Source of the DNA: an uncultured Candidatus Rokubacteria bacterium
GTDB lineage: Bacteria; Methylomirabilota; Methylomirabilia; Rokubacteriales; CSP1-6
Reading direction: 5' to 3'
Assembly: GCA_963771355.1 (NCBI GenBank)
Contig: CAVYTA010000008.1
Span: 89,560-153,559, forward strand
DNA length: 64,000 nt
The notes under the pieces were generated by a model. The model was not told the origin of the DNA, did no database searches, and saw nothing but the letters and a program-made list of their open reading frames with translations. Shown here one piece after another: positions 1-11,158 of the stretch; within the stretch, counting starts at the first letter, position 1; every line of letters starts with the position of its first letter. A program made the position numbers and the translations under genes.

Positions 1-237
1 CCGCCGCACCCGCTCCGCCACGGTGATGCCCACGCGCAGCGCGGTGTGCATGGGTACGGAGATGGCGACCAGGCGCGCGCGGCGCACCTTCTCGGCGTCG
101 AGGGGTTCGACCGAGATGTCGAGGACGGCGGGGGCGAACCCGCGCTGCTCGAGCACCGCCGCCGGCCAGGCCACCGCCAGCGGCTGGTGGCCCAGCTCGT
201 AGCAGGCGATCAGCAACACAGCCCCGTGATCTCTCAC
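1..237 (-). CDS. Radical SAM protein with B12-binding-like N-terminus, CUAEP/CCAEP-tail type (5' part only, runs off window)
   Basis: Manual minus-strand translation from GTG at 237: VRDHGAVLLIACYELGHQPLAVAWPAAVL...LVAISVPMHTALRVG. YELGHQP and SVPMHTA match my recollection of this family. Not in the ORF track. Confidence 0.7.
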   Translation of the reverse strand, partial: MRDHGAVLLIACYELGHQPLAVAWPAAVLEQRGFAPAVLDISVEPLDAEKVRRARLVAISVPMHTALRVGITVAERVRR

Positions 238-261
238 GGAGCCGAGTCTACACCCTCGCCG

Positions 262-555
262 CTAGGAGTAACTCGGCTCGGCGGGCAGCGGCAGCGGCGC
301 GCGCAGGCGCGGGAGCGCCTCGTTCAGCACACGCCCGAGGCCATCGGCGAGGACGTCCGCCAGCTGGCCACGCTCGCGCCGCAGGCTGTCGTTCTCGCTC
401 TGCAGGGCGTCGAGCTCGCGCCGGAGCTCGTTGACCTCCTGGAGGAGCCGGTTCGAGGCGCGCTCGGTGGCCTCGAGCCGGGCGCACAGGCGGTCCTGCT
501 CGGTGAGGAGCCGGGTGATGCGAATCCGGGCGTCGTGGAAGTCCAGGTCGTCCAT
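262..555 (-). CDS. Small coiled-coil hypothetical protein (97 aa)
   Basis: MDDLDFHDARIRITRLL...LQEVNELRRELDALQSENDSLRRERGQL has a heptad pattern and GC-typical codon use; lies just upstream of the radical SAM gene. Confidence 0.6.
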   Translation of the reverse strand: MDDLDFHDARIRITRLLTEQDRLCARLEATERASNRLLQEVNELRRELDALQSENDSLRRERGQLADVLADGLGRVLNEALPRLRAPLPLPAEPSYS

Positions 556-640
556 GGCCGGCAGTGTAGCACAGGATGGGGTGCAAGCCATGCATCCTAC
601 CGTATCTAGGGGGCAGGGCCCTGTGCTAGCCTCGAAGGCC

Positions 641-1846
641 ATGGCCGCCCGCCCCGCCGCGCTCGCCTTCATCTTCGTCACCGTCGTGCTCGACATGCTC
701 GCGCTCGGCGTGATCATTCCGGTGCTGCCGCGGCTGGTGGTCAGCTTCCTCGGTGGGGACACCGCCCGCGCGGCGGAGATCTACGGCGTCTTCGGCACCG
801 TGTGGGCGCTGATGCAGTTCGTGTCTTCTCCGGTGCTCGGCGCGCTGTCGGATCGCTGGGGCCGGCGGCCCGTCATCCTGCTCTCCAATCTCGGGCTGGG
901 TCTCGACTACGTGCTGATGGCGCTGGCGCCCACGCTCACCTGGCTCTTCGTGGGCCGGGTGATTTCCGGCGTCACCGCGGCCAGCGTCAGCATCGCGGGC
1001 GCCTATATCGCCGACGTCACCCCGCCCGAGCAGCGCGCGCGGGGGTTCGGCATGATCGGCGCCGCGTTCGGCGTCGGGTTCATCTTGGGTCCCGCGCTGG
1101 GCGGCGTGCTGGGGGTGGTGGATCCGCGGCTGCCCTTCTGGGTGGCGGCGGGCTTGAGCCTGCTCAACGCGCTCTACGGTTACTTCGTGCTGCCGGAGTC
1201 CTTGCCGCGGGAGCGGCGCGCGCCCCTTCGGTGGCGGCGCGCCAATCCGCTGGGGGCCCTCGGCCTCCTCGGCTCGCACCGGGAGCTCGGCGGCCTCGCC
1301 ATTGTCCATTTCATCGGCCGGGTGGCGCACGAGGTGCTGCCGAGCGTCTTCGTCCTCTACGCGGGCTATCGCTACGGATGGGACGAGCGAGCCCTGGGGC
1401 TCTTTCTCGCCGCGGTGGGGCTGTCCACCATGATCGTCTCGGGACGCCTCGTGCACCCGATCGTCAGCCGGCTGGGCGAGCGCTGGGCGCTGCTCCTGGC
1501 CCTGGCCTGCGGCGCCGTCGGCTTCGCGATCTACGGGCTCGCGTCGGTGGGAGTGGTGGCCCTGCTCGCGGTGCCCATCCACGCGCTCTGGGGCCTGGGG
1601 AGCCCGGCCGCGCAGGGCCTGATGACCCGCCGCGTGCCGGCCTCGGAGCAGGGGCAGCTCCAGGGCGCGCTGTCGAGCCTGGGCGGGATCGCCGGGCTCA
1701 TCGGCCCCGGCCTCTTCACGCTGACCTTCGCGTGGTTCCTCGGCGCGCGCGGCGGGATCGCCTTGCCCGGCGCGCCGCTCCTCCTCGCCGCGCTCCTGAT
1801 GCTGGTCTCGCTCGCGGTCGCGTGGCGCGCAACTCGCGCGCGTTAG
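641..1846 (+). CDS. TCR/Tet-family MFS efflux transporter
   Basis: Motif A GALSDRWGRRPV, motif C GFILGPALGG, about 12 hydrophobic segments. Confidence 0.9.
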   Translation: MAARPAALAFIFVTVVLDMLALGVIIPVLPRLVVSFLGGDTARAAEIYGVFGTVWALMQFVSSPVLGALSDRWGRRPVILLSNLGLGLDYVLMALAPTLTWLFVGRVISGVTAASVSIAGAYIADVTPPEQRARGFGMIGAAFGVGFILGPALGGVLGVVDPRLPFWVAAGLSLLNALYGYFVLPESLPRERRAPLRWRRANPLGALGLLGSHRELGGLAIVHFIGRVAHEVLPSVFVLYAGYRYGWDERALGLFLAAVGLSTMIVSGRLVHPIVSRLGERWALLLALACGAVGFAIYGLASVGVVALLAVPIHALWGLGSPAAQGLMTRRVPASEQGQLQGALSSLGGIAGLIGPGLFTLTFAWFLGARGGIALPGAPLLLAALLMLVSLAVAWRATRAR

Positions 1847-1876
1847 TCGGCCGCGGGGGCTCGTCGGCCGCGCGAG

Positions 1877-2838
<962 letters not shown>

Positions 2839-2842
<4 letters not shown>

Positions 2843-3831
2843 GCCTTCCTCGCGGGCTCGGCGTGCACGGCGAGCCAGCAGCGGCCGAAGTGGGCGGGGG
2901 AGACGGTGATGTCGGGCGGCGCCTCCTCGTGGCAGCGGTCCATCACCTCGGGACAGCGCGGATGGAAGGCGCAGCCGGTGGGGAGGGCAGCGAGGTCGGG
3001 CGGCTGTCCTTCGATGGCGGTGAGCCGCCGGCGCGAATCGCTCATGCGCGGGATCGACTCCAGGAGGGCCCGGGTATAGGGATGCGCGGGCGCGTCGAAG
3101 ATCTCCTTCACCGGGCCCACCTCCACCATGCGCCCCGCGTACATCACCGCCACCCGGTCGCACATCTTGGCCACGATACCGAGGTTGTGGGTGATGAAGA
3201 TGAGGGCGAGGCCGTGGGCTCTCTGCAGCTCGCGCAGGAGGTTCAGGTACTGCGCCTGGATGGTGAGATCGAGGCTGGTGGTCGGCTCGTCGGCGATGAG
3301 GAGACGCGGCTCGCAGGAGATGCCGATGGCCCCGACGATGCGCTGGCGCATGCCCCCCGACATCTGGTGGGGATACTCCTTCACACGGGCCTCGGGGGCG
3401 GGGATTTTCACGGAGCGCAGCAGCTCGCGCGCGCGCGCCCAGGCGCTCTTGCGGGAGGCGTGCTCGTGGACGCGGAGCGGCTCGGCCACCTGGTTCCCGA
3501 TCGTGAAGAGGGGGTTGAGCGAGGCCAAAGGGTCCTGCAGGATCATCGCGATCCGCTGGCCCCGCACCTTGCGCATCTCCTTGTCCGACAGGGCCAGCAG
3601 ATCGCGGCCCTCGAAACGGACCTCGCCCGAGACGAAGCGCGCCGCGGTGGGCAGGAGCCGCAGCAGCGAGAGCGCCAGCGTGGTCTTGCCCGACCCCGAT
3701 TCGCCCACGATGCCCAGCGTCTCGCCCGCGTCGAGCGAGAAGGACACCTCGTCCACCGCGCGGTTGACGCGGGCGCCCCGCGCGGTGACGTAGTGCACCC
3801 CGAGATTCCGGATCTCCAGGAGCGGGCTCAA
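2839..3831 (-). CDS. Peptide/nickel-type ABC transporter ATPase (OppD/DppD-like)
   Basis: [32 protein letters not shown]. Confidence 0.92.
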
Positions 3832-3932
3832 TGCGAGATCACGAAGGCGAGCGCGAGGATGCCGAGCCCGATGAGCAGATCGAGCACGCCCTTGAAGCGG
3901 AAGGACCGGCGCGGGGGATCCGGCTCGCTCAT
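3828..3932 (-). CDS. Putative 34-aa single-TM small protein inside the ABC operon
   Basis: [38 protein letters not shown] overlap with the upstream permease stop and TTGA overlap with the downstream ATPase start. Confidence 0.6.
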   Translation of the reverse strand: MSEPDPPRRSFRFKGVLDLLIGLGILALAFVISH

Positions 3933-4834
3933 AGCTGGCGAAGCTGGGGGTCGAGCTTGACCCGCAGCCAGTCTCCGAGGAGGTTGGCGGACAGCACCAT
4001 CAGCATGATGCAGCACCCCGGCAGCACGGTGAGCCACCAGTACCCGGCCATCAGGCCCTTCTTACCGTCGGCCAGCATGAGGCCCCAGGCCGGCAGCGGC
4101 GGCGGTACGCCCACCCCGAGGAAGGACAGCGCCGCCTCCGTCACGATGACCACGCCCAGCATGAGGGTGCCCAGCACGATGGCCGAGTTCAGCACGTTGG
4201 GCAGGATGTGCTTGCGCATGATCGTGCGCTTGGAGCAGCCCGCCACGATGGCCAGGCGCACGAAGTCGCGCTCCTTCAGCGAGAGCACCTCGCCGCGGAT
4301 GACGCGGGCGTAGCGGGTCCAGTAGATCGCCCCCAGGATGATGACGATGTTCATGACCCCGGGACCCCGGATGGCAGCCAGGAAGATGGCGAAGGTCAGG
4401 GCGGGCAGGGCGAGCCAGGTGTCGGTCACGCGCATGATCACCTGGTCCACCCACCCGCCGAGGTAGCCGGAGAGGATGCCCAGCGAGGTGCCGATCACCC
4501 CCGCCACGAGGACGGCGGTGAAGCCCACGATCATGGACACGCGGGCGCCGAAGATCAGCCGCGCGAGCACGTCCCGCCCGAGGTGGTCCGTGCCGAGGAG
4601 ATTCTCGGCGCGTCCCCCCGTCTGCCAGGCGGGCGGCTTGAAGCGATCGCCCAGGCTGCCCACCTCCGGATCGAAGGGGGTGATGACGTTGGCGAAGATC
4701 GCCACCAGCATGAGGACGACCAGGATGCCGGTAGCGATGTAGGGAAAACCGCTCGCGCGAAGCGTGGACATCCGCGAGCCGACGATCAGCTCCCCTCCTC
4801 CACTCTCTCGAAGCGCGGCTTCGGTGGTGCTCAT
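3929..4834 (-). CDS. ABC transporter permease (OppC/DppC-like)
   Basis: LLGTDHLGRD, HILPNV, EAALSFLG motifs. Confidence 0.9.
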   Translation of the reverse strand: MSTTEAALRESGGGELIVGSRMSTLRASGFPYIATGILVVLMLVAIFANVITPFDPEVGSLGDRFKPPAWQTGGRAENLLGTDHLGRDVLARLIFGARVSMIVGFTAVLVAGVIGTSLGILSGYLGGWVDQVIMRVTDTWLALPALTFAIFLAAIRGPGVMNIVIILGAIYWTRYARVIRGEVLSLKERDFVRLAIVAGCSKRTIMRKHILPNVLNSAIVLGTLMLGVVIVTEAALSFLGVGVPPPLPAWGLMLADGKKGLMAGYWWLTVLPGCCIMLMVLSANLLGDWLRVKLDPQLRQL

Positions 4835-5751
4835 CGGTCGTACCGGATGCGGGGGTCGATCACCGCGTAGAGCACGTCCACGAGGAGGTTCACGAAGACG
4901 ATCATGGCGCCCCCCAGGAGGACGGTGGCCTGCACCACCGGGAAGTCGCGGAAGGAAATGCCTTCGTACAGCAGCCGTCCGATGCCGGGCCACGCGAAGA
5001 CGGTCTCCACTACCACCGCCACGTTGACCATGATGACGAGGTTGATGCCGGCCAGGGTGAGCACGGGGATGAGCGCGTTCTTGAACGCGTGCTTGCCGAT
5101 GACGAGGGCCTCCGGGAGGCCCTTGATGCGCGCGAGCTTGACGTATTCCGAGCCCAGCACCTCCAGCATGGACGAGCGCGTGAGGCGCATGTGGGCGGCG
5201 GCGAAGTACCAGCCGAGCGCGAAGGCGGGCATCATCAGGTGCCACACGGTGCCCGAGCCCGAGGAGGGCAGCCAGCCGAGGTAGACGGAGAAGAAGAGGA
5301 TCATCACCAGGCCGACCCAGAAGGAGGGGAGCGACAGCCCCAGCAGGGCGAAGATCTTGCCCGCGCTGTCCCACCACTGGTTCACCCGCACCGCCGCGAT
5401 GATGCCGGTGGGGATGCCGATGAGGAGCGACAAGGCCATGGCGGCGCCCGCGAGCAGCAGCGAGTTCGGCAGGCGGGAGAGGTAGAGCTCGAGGACGGGG
5501 GTCCGGTAGTAGAAGGACTGGCCGAAGTCGCCCCGGAGGAGGTTCGACACGAAGGTCCCGTACTGCACCCAGATCGGCCGGTCGAGCCCGAGCTGCGTGC
5601 GGATGGCCTCGAGGTCCGCCTTGCTCGCCCCCGGCTCCACCAGGAGGACGGCGGGATCCCCGGTGAGCCGGACGAACAGGAAGATGGTGAGGGAGAGCAG
5701 GGCCAGCGACACCAGCGCGTAGCCCAATCGTTTCAGGATGAATCGCTTCAT
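4831..5751 (-). CDS. ABC transporter permease (OppB/DppB-like)
   Basis: LGLDRP, GDFGQS, ARIKGL, ETVFAWPGIG motifs. Confidence 0.92.
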   Translation of the reverse strand: MKRFILKRLGYALVSLALLSLTIFLFVRLTGDPAVLLVEPGASKADLEAIRTQLGLDRPIWVQYGTFVSNLLRGDFGQSFYYRTPVLELYLSRLPNSLLLAGAAMALSLLIGIPTGIIAAVRVNQWWDSAGKIFALLGLSLPSFWVGLVMILFFSVYLGWLPSSGSGTVWHLMMPAFALGWYFAAAHMRLTRSSMLEVLGSEYVKLARIKGLPEALVIGKHAFKNALIPVLTLAGINLVIMVNVAVVVETVFAWPGIGRLLYEGISFRDFPVVQATVLLGGAMIVFVNLLVDVLYAVIDPRIRYDR

Positions 5752-5755
5752 GTGG

Positions 5756-7301
5756 TCACCGCTTGTTGAGGCGAAGGTCCTCGTAGGGTCCGGAATAGGC
5801 GTGGTTGGGAATCATGCCGAGCCCGTGCACCTCCAGCCGCGGTCCGACCCCGTTGAGAAAGGCGGGCTCGATGACCGGTCCGAACATGACCTGCTCGTGG
5901 ATCACCTGCTGCATCTTGTGGAGGATCTGCTGGCGGACGCGCGGGTTCATCTCCTTCGACTGCTCACCGTAGAGCCCGTCCACCTCCGGATAGGTCCCGT
6001 AGACGTAGCGGCCCCCCGTCACCGCGTACTGCTCGAGCCGCGTGGGCGCGTTGCCGGGGGCGCCGCTGCCGCTGAAGATCACGCCCCGGAGCTTCTTGTC
6101 ACCGTACTCCTGGAAGAAGGCCGCGCGCTCCATGGGCCGCAGGCGCAGCCGGATGCCTACCTGCTGGAGATAGTTCACCACCGGCTCCCCGATGGCCACC
6201 CCGTAGATGGTGTCGCCGGTGAGGTCGCCCGCGTCGAAGCCATTGGGGTAGCCGGCCTCGGCCAGGAGCGCCCGGGCGCGCTTGACGTCAAACGGATACG
6301 CCGGCGGCGTCCAGAAGTACTCCATGCCCTGCGGGATGAAGGAGTGCGCGAGCTTGGACAGCCCGAGGTAGACCGCGCCATTGATGCCGGCGCGATCGAT
6401 GGCGAGGTTGGCGGCGAGCCGCACGCGCCGGTCGTGCCAGGGCGACTTCGGATCCCACTGCTCGGTGAAGAGGAGCCAGGTGGTGAAGGTGAAGTAGGTG
6501 GGCACCAGCCGGAGATTCGCCGTGCGCTTGACCTCCTCCGCCAGAGGCCCCGTGATGGAGTACGCCACGTCGACCTCGCCGCGCCTGAGCGCGGCCAGGC
6601 GGGTGGACTCGTCGGGGATCACGCGGAAGATGAGGGTCTTCACCGCGGGCGCCTTGCGCCAGTAGCCGTCGAAGGCCTCCACCGTCAGCTCCACGCCGGG
6701 CTTGAACGCCACGAACCGGTACGGGCCCGCGCCCACCGGGGCCTTCTTGAAGCCGTCCTCGCCCACCTGCTCCACGTACTTCTTCGGCACGATCCAGGCG
6801 GCGCCGGTGGCGGGGGTGGCGTAGAAGGTCATGAAGTCGGGCCAGGGCTGCTTGAGCACGAAGCGCACGCGCTGCGGGATCGAGCACCTCCACCCGCGCC
6901 ACCTTGCCCTTGAGCAGCGCCGCGCTGGCGCCGCGATAGCGCTCGAACGAGAACTTCACATCCTCCGCCGTCACCGGCTCGCCGTGGTGGAACTTCGTCC
7001 CCTTGCGCAGCCGGAACTCGTAGGAGAGTCCGTCCTTGGACGCGCTCCACGACTCGGCCAGGCTCGGCGTCATGGGATTGCCCGGCATGGGCTTGATGAG
7101 GGCATCGTGCAGCGCGTAGAGGACCATGAAGGGCGTGATGATGCCGGACGTCTCGGCGGGGTCGAACCAAGTCGGCGCCAGCGTGACGTGGACGGCCCAG
7201 GTGGCCTGTCCCTCGGCGGCGCCGGCGGGAGGGACGGCCCCGGGGCCCGTGACGAAGGCGAGCGCCATCACGGCGAGGAGCAACGGGACGAGCATCGGCA
7301 T
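5756..7301 (-). CDS. ABC substrate-binding protein, family 5 (frameshift near 6870)
   Basis: N-half (signal peptide, SLAESW, VTAEDVKFS) and C-half (PVGAGPY, VRLAANLAIDR) lie in two frames; start approximate. Confidence 0.85.
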
Positions 7302-7526
7302 CCGGTGGGACCGGCGGGCCGTGGAGGCCGTGGAGCGAAGCGGATGCCATCGGAGCATGACCCGTCCTCCGCGTCTTTGCGAAGCGTCCCGGAGCGATGC
7401 GGGGCCCGGGTAGCGGTCGGTGTGTCCTGGAAAGTTCACGCGATTATCGTCGATACCGCAACCTTGTCAATCCCCGGGCCGGAGCACTCTCCCTCGGCCG
7501 GAGCAGTCAGCCCCCGGGCGAAGCCG

Positions 7527-9209
7527 TCAGCCGCGATGACGCAGCACGGCACCGGGCCAGGCCCCGGTGTGGGCCCCATCCCGGTAGAGTACCTGCCCGT
7601 TGACGAGAGTGGCATGGATACCCCGGGCCTGGGCGACCAGTCGCTTGCCGCCACCGGGCAGGTCATGGACGTACTCCGGCGCCACGTCGTCCACCGTATC
7701 CGGGTCGAAGAGGACCAGGTCGGCCACCCGGCCGGGAGCGATCACGCCCCGATCGGGAATGCCGAAGAACGTCGCCACCTCGGAGGTGAGCCGCCGCACC
7801 CCCTCCTCGAGCGACAGCGCCTGCCGCTCGCGCACCCACTTGCCGAGGAGATAGGTGGCGTAGCCCGCGTCGCAGAGCTGATCCACATGGGCCCCGCCGT
7901 CGGACAGTCCGATGAGGAAGCGCGGATCGGTGACCAGGGGCCGCACCCCCTCCGGGTCCTGATTCATCACCGGGAAGTCGAACAGTGTCTCCAGTCCATC
8001 AGCGAGCGCAATGTCCAGAATGGTGTCGGCGGGGTCCTGGCCGCGCGCCTCCGCGATCTCCGCCACGGATTTTCCGGATAGCGCCAGAGCTTCCGCGCCC
8101 GCCGCGTCGCGCACGGTGATGCGGCGCCACTGGCCGCGGAAGATGCGGCGCCGCTCCATCTCCTCCTTCCACTGGGTCCGGAAGCCCTCGCTCGCGTACA
8201 GCGCGCGCTGCTCCACCTCCGTGCGGTTGAACGCCTGGCCCCACGTGGCCATGGTGGCGAAGATGAACGGGTTCTTGAGCGTGAACTGGATGCGGAGCGG
8301 CCGGCAGGACACCTGCGGCACCGCGCGCTCGCGGCCCAGCAGCGGCGCCATGCGCTGCACGACCTCCTCGTGGGCGCCCGGCGGCCGGCCCGGCCGCGCG
8401 AAGACGGCGAGATAGGTCACGGGTCGCCGGCTCTCGTCCACCAAGAGCTTCAGCGTCGCGTATTCGTCGTCGGTGACGCGGTCGGGCAGCGAGGTGATGG
8501 CGGCCTCGATGACGCCGCGCCCCCGCGCGCGCATGGCTCCGCAGAGCGCCCGCAGCTCGTCGGCGCTCGCCAGCCGGCAGGCGAGCGGGCGGCCCTGGTC
8601 GCCGACATGATTCTGGAGAATGGTGGTGGACAGCCCGAAGGCACCCGCGTCCAGCGCCTCGCCGAAGAGCCGGCCCAGCGTGGCCGTCTCCTCCGCCGTC
8701 GCCGCGCGGTCGACGGAGGCCTCGCCGAGCACGTAGTGGCGCAGCGGCGTGAGCGGCACCAGCGGCGCCACGTTGATGCCCAGCGGCCGGCGGCCCAGCG
8801 CGTCCATGTACTCGCCGAAGGACTCCCACTCCCAGCCGATGCCGCGCCGCATGACGTCCAGCGGGATGGCCTCGACGTTGACGAGGTCGCCCATGAGGAC
8901 CTCGCGCGCCTGGGGCCGGCAGGGGGCCACGCCCACCCCGCAATTGCCCATCACCACCGAGGTGATGCCATGCCACGATGAGCAGGTGAGGAGCGGGTCC
9001 CAGGCCACCTGCGCGTCGTAGTGGGTGTGCGGGTCGATGAAGCCGGGGGCCAGGACCAGGCCGCGCGCGTTCAGCCGCTCGCGCGCCGCCTCGCCGGGCC
9101 CGATCCCGACCGCGGTGATGCGCCCGCCGGAGACGGCGATGCCCCCGCGGCGTGCGGGCGCGCCGGTGCCGTCGACGATGCGCGCGTTGTCGATCACGAG
9201 ATCATGCAT
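7527..9209 (-). CDS. Amidohydrolase, N-acyl-D-amino-acid deacylase family
   Basis: PGFIDPHTHYD metal motif, GNCG, SDGGAH, GRVADLVLFD. Confidence 0.9.
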   Translation of the reverse strand: MHDLVIDNARIVDGTGAPARRGGIAVSGGRITAVGIGPGEAARERLNARGLVLAPGFIDPHTHYDAQVAWDPLLTCSSWHGITSVVMGNCGVGVAPCRPQAREVLMGDLVNVEAIPLDVMRRGIGWEWESFGEYMDALGRRPLGINVAPLVPLTPLRHYVLGEASVDRAATAEETATLGRLFGEALDAGAFGLSTTILQNHVGDQGRPLACRLASADELRALCGAMRARGRGVIEAAITSLPDRVTDDEYATLKLLVDESRRPVTYLAVFARPGRPPGAHEEVVQRMAPLLGRERAVPQVSCRPLRIQFTLKNPFIFATMATWGQAFNRTEVEQRALYASEGFRTQWKEEMERRRIFRGQWRRITVRDAAGAEALALSGKSVAEIAEARGQDPADTILDIALADGLETLFDFPVMNQDPEGVRPLVTDPRFLIGLSDGGAHVDQLCDAGYATYLLGKWVRERQALSLEEGVRRLTSEVATFFGIPDRGVIAPGRVADLVLFDPDTVDDVAPEYVHDLPGGGKRLVAQARGIHATLVNGQVLYRDGAHTGAWPGAVLRHRG

Positions 9210-10784
9210 TCGGCTGGCGCTCCTTGGCGCGGCCCGGGCTGGCCAGGCCGCGCACGTTCCAGATTCGCACCGGTCGGGCCAGACCCTTCAGGGCGAGCGG
9301 GCCGACGTCTTCCGCGTCGATCAGATCCTCCACGACCCCCGCGACCTTGGCCGAGATGAGGATTTGCCCGGCGCCGGCCTCGCCGCAGAGCCGCGCGGCC
9401 AGGTTGGTGACGCTGCCGATGGCGCCGTAGTCCCAGCGCCCCTCGAAGCCGATGGCGCCGATGGTGGCGTAGCCCTGGGAGACCCCCACGCCGAGCCCGA
9501 GGTCCCAGCCGCGCTTGCGCCAGCCCGCGCTGAGGCCGGCCACGACGTCGCGCATGGCCACCGCCATGCGGATCGCGCGCTGGGCCGGATCGGGAACCAC
9601 CACGGGGTCGTTGAAGAAGACCATCATGCCGTCCCCGGTGAAGCGCTCGAGGGTGCCCTCGTGGGCGAGGACGAGCCGGCCCATCTCCGCGTGGTACTCG
9701 CGGAGCAGCTCCATGATCTCCTCGGGCTCGGCCGTCTCCGCGAACGCGGTGAAGCCCCGGAGGTCCAGGAACACCACCGTGACTTCGCGGCGGTGGGTCT
9801 TGAGCGGGTCGTCGGCGCCGCCGGCCACGATGAGCTCGGCGAGCTGGGGGGAGAAGAAGCGCTTGAGCCGCCCCAGGCGCTCGAGCTGTCCGACCTGCTC
9901 GGCCACGCGCTGCTCCAGCGTCTGGTTCATTTCCGCGAGCGCGCGGCGATGGCGCTGCTCCTCGTCGTGGAGCCGTTTCTTCTCCAGGCATGCGCCTACC
10001 CGCGCCTGCAGGAGCACGGGGTCGAAGGGCTTGCCGAGGTAATCGTCGGCGCCGAGCTGGATGCATCGCACCACGCTGTCCATCTCGTCCAGCGCGGAGA
10101 TCATGAGCACGGGGACGTCGCGCCGCGCGGGATCGCCCTTGATCCGCTGGAGCACGGCATAGCCGTCCAGGTCCGGCATCATGACGTCGAGGAGGACGAG
10201 GTCGACGGGCGTCCGTGCGAGCACGTCGAGACCCGATTGCCCCCCCGCGGCGGTGAGCACCTCGTGGCCCTGACGGCGGAGGCGCCGGGCCAGCATGTCG
10301 CGGTTCTCCTCGCTGTCGTCCACCACCAGGATGACGCTGCGGCTCGACGGCGGCGCGGGCGCGGCCTCGGCCTCCGCGCTCGCCGTCCGGCCCGCGGGCG
10401 CCACGCCGCCGTGGCCGGAGCAGCTCGTGGAGGCGCTCGCCGGCCGCGCGGATTCGATCGAGGTCGGGCACCAGCGCGTCCGCGCCGGCCTCGGCGGCCT
10501 GCCGGAGGAGCGCGGCACGCCTCGGCGCGGACGCGCTCGAGGGGCGGGATGAGCGACCCGAGCGCGGCCGCGAGGTTGGGCGAGGCCGACGGCCCCTGCG
10601 CGAGCACCGTGTTCAGCAGGCCCAGCAGCTCGCGGGCATCCGCCCGGAGCGTCCCGAGCCCTGCCGCGAGGGTCGGACGGTCGCCCACCTCGAGCTCCTC
10701 GAGCAGCATCTCGGCGTAGCCGATGATGTGGTTCAGCGGCGTGCGCAGATCGTGGCGGAGCTGCGCGGCGGGCTCGATGCTCAC
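9202..10784 (-). CDS. HisKA-like + receiver + class III nucleotide cyclase fusion (frameshift near 10500)
   Basis: N-terminal LRHDLRTPLNHIIGYAEML H-box; REC (LVVDD, LLDVMMP); cyclase motifs VVFLDLRGFT, FTGDG, NLAARL. Confidence 0.85.
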
Positions 10785-11158
10785 GCGCCGCCCGCCGGCC
10801 CGAGCAGGGCCTCGATCTTCTGGAGCAGGCGGGGAAGATCAACGGGCTTGGTGTCGAAGTCGTCGCAGCCTGCTGCCAGGGCCTTCTCCCGGTCGCCGGC
10901 CATGGCGTGCGCGGTGAGGGCGATCACGGGAATCGTCCGCGTCTCCGGCATGGCCTTCACCTGGCGGGTGGCTTCCCACCCGTCCATACCCGGCAGGCTC
11001 ATGTCCATGAGGATGAGCGCCGGCGCCTCCGAGCGCGCCATCGCCAGGCCCTGCTCGCCGTCGACGGCGATGGCCACCTCGTAGCCGCGCTTGACGAGGC
11101 GACGGGAGAGCATGTCGCGGTTCATCTCGTTGTCCTCGACGAGCAGGATCTTGGCCAT
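10781..11158 (-). CDS. Single-domain response regulator (DivK-like)
   Basis: [33 protein letters not shown]. Confidence 0.92.
   Translation of the reverse strand: MAKILLVEDNEMNRDMLSRRLVKRGYEVAIAVDGEQGLAMARSEAPALILMDMSLPGMDGWEATRQVKAMPETRTIPVIALTAHAMAGDREKALAAGCDDFDTKPVDLPRLLQKIEALLGPAGGA

Noticed and set aside
641..1846. Calling the MFS gene tetA
   Set aside because: Family motifs only; no tetR or mobile context, so the substrate cannot be inferred.
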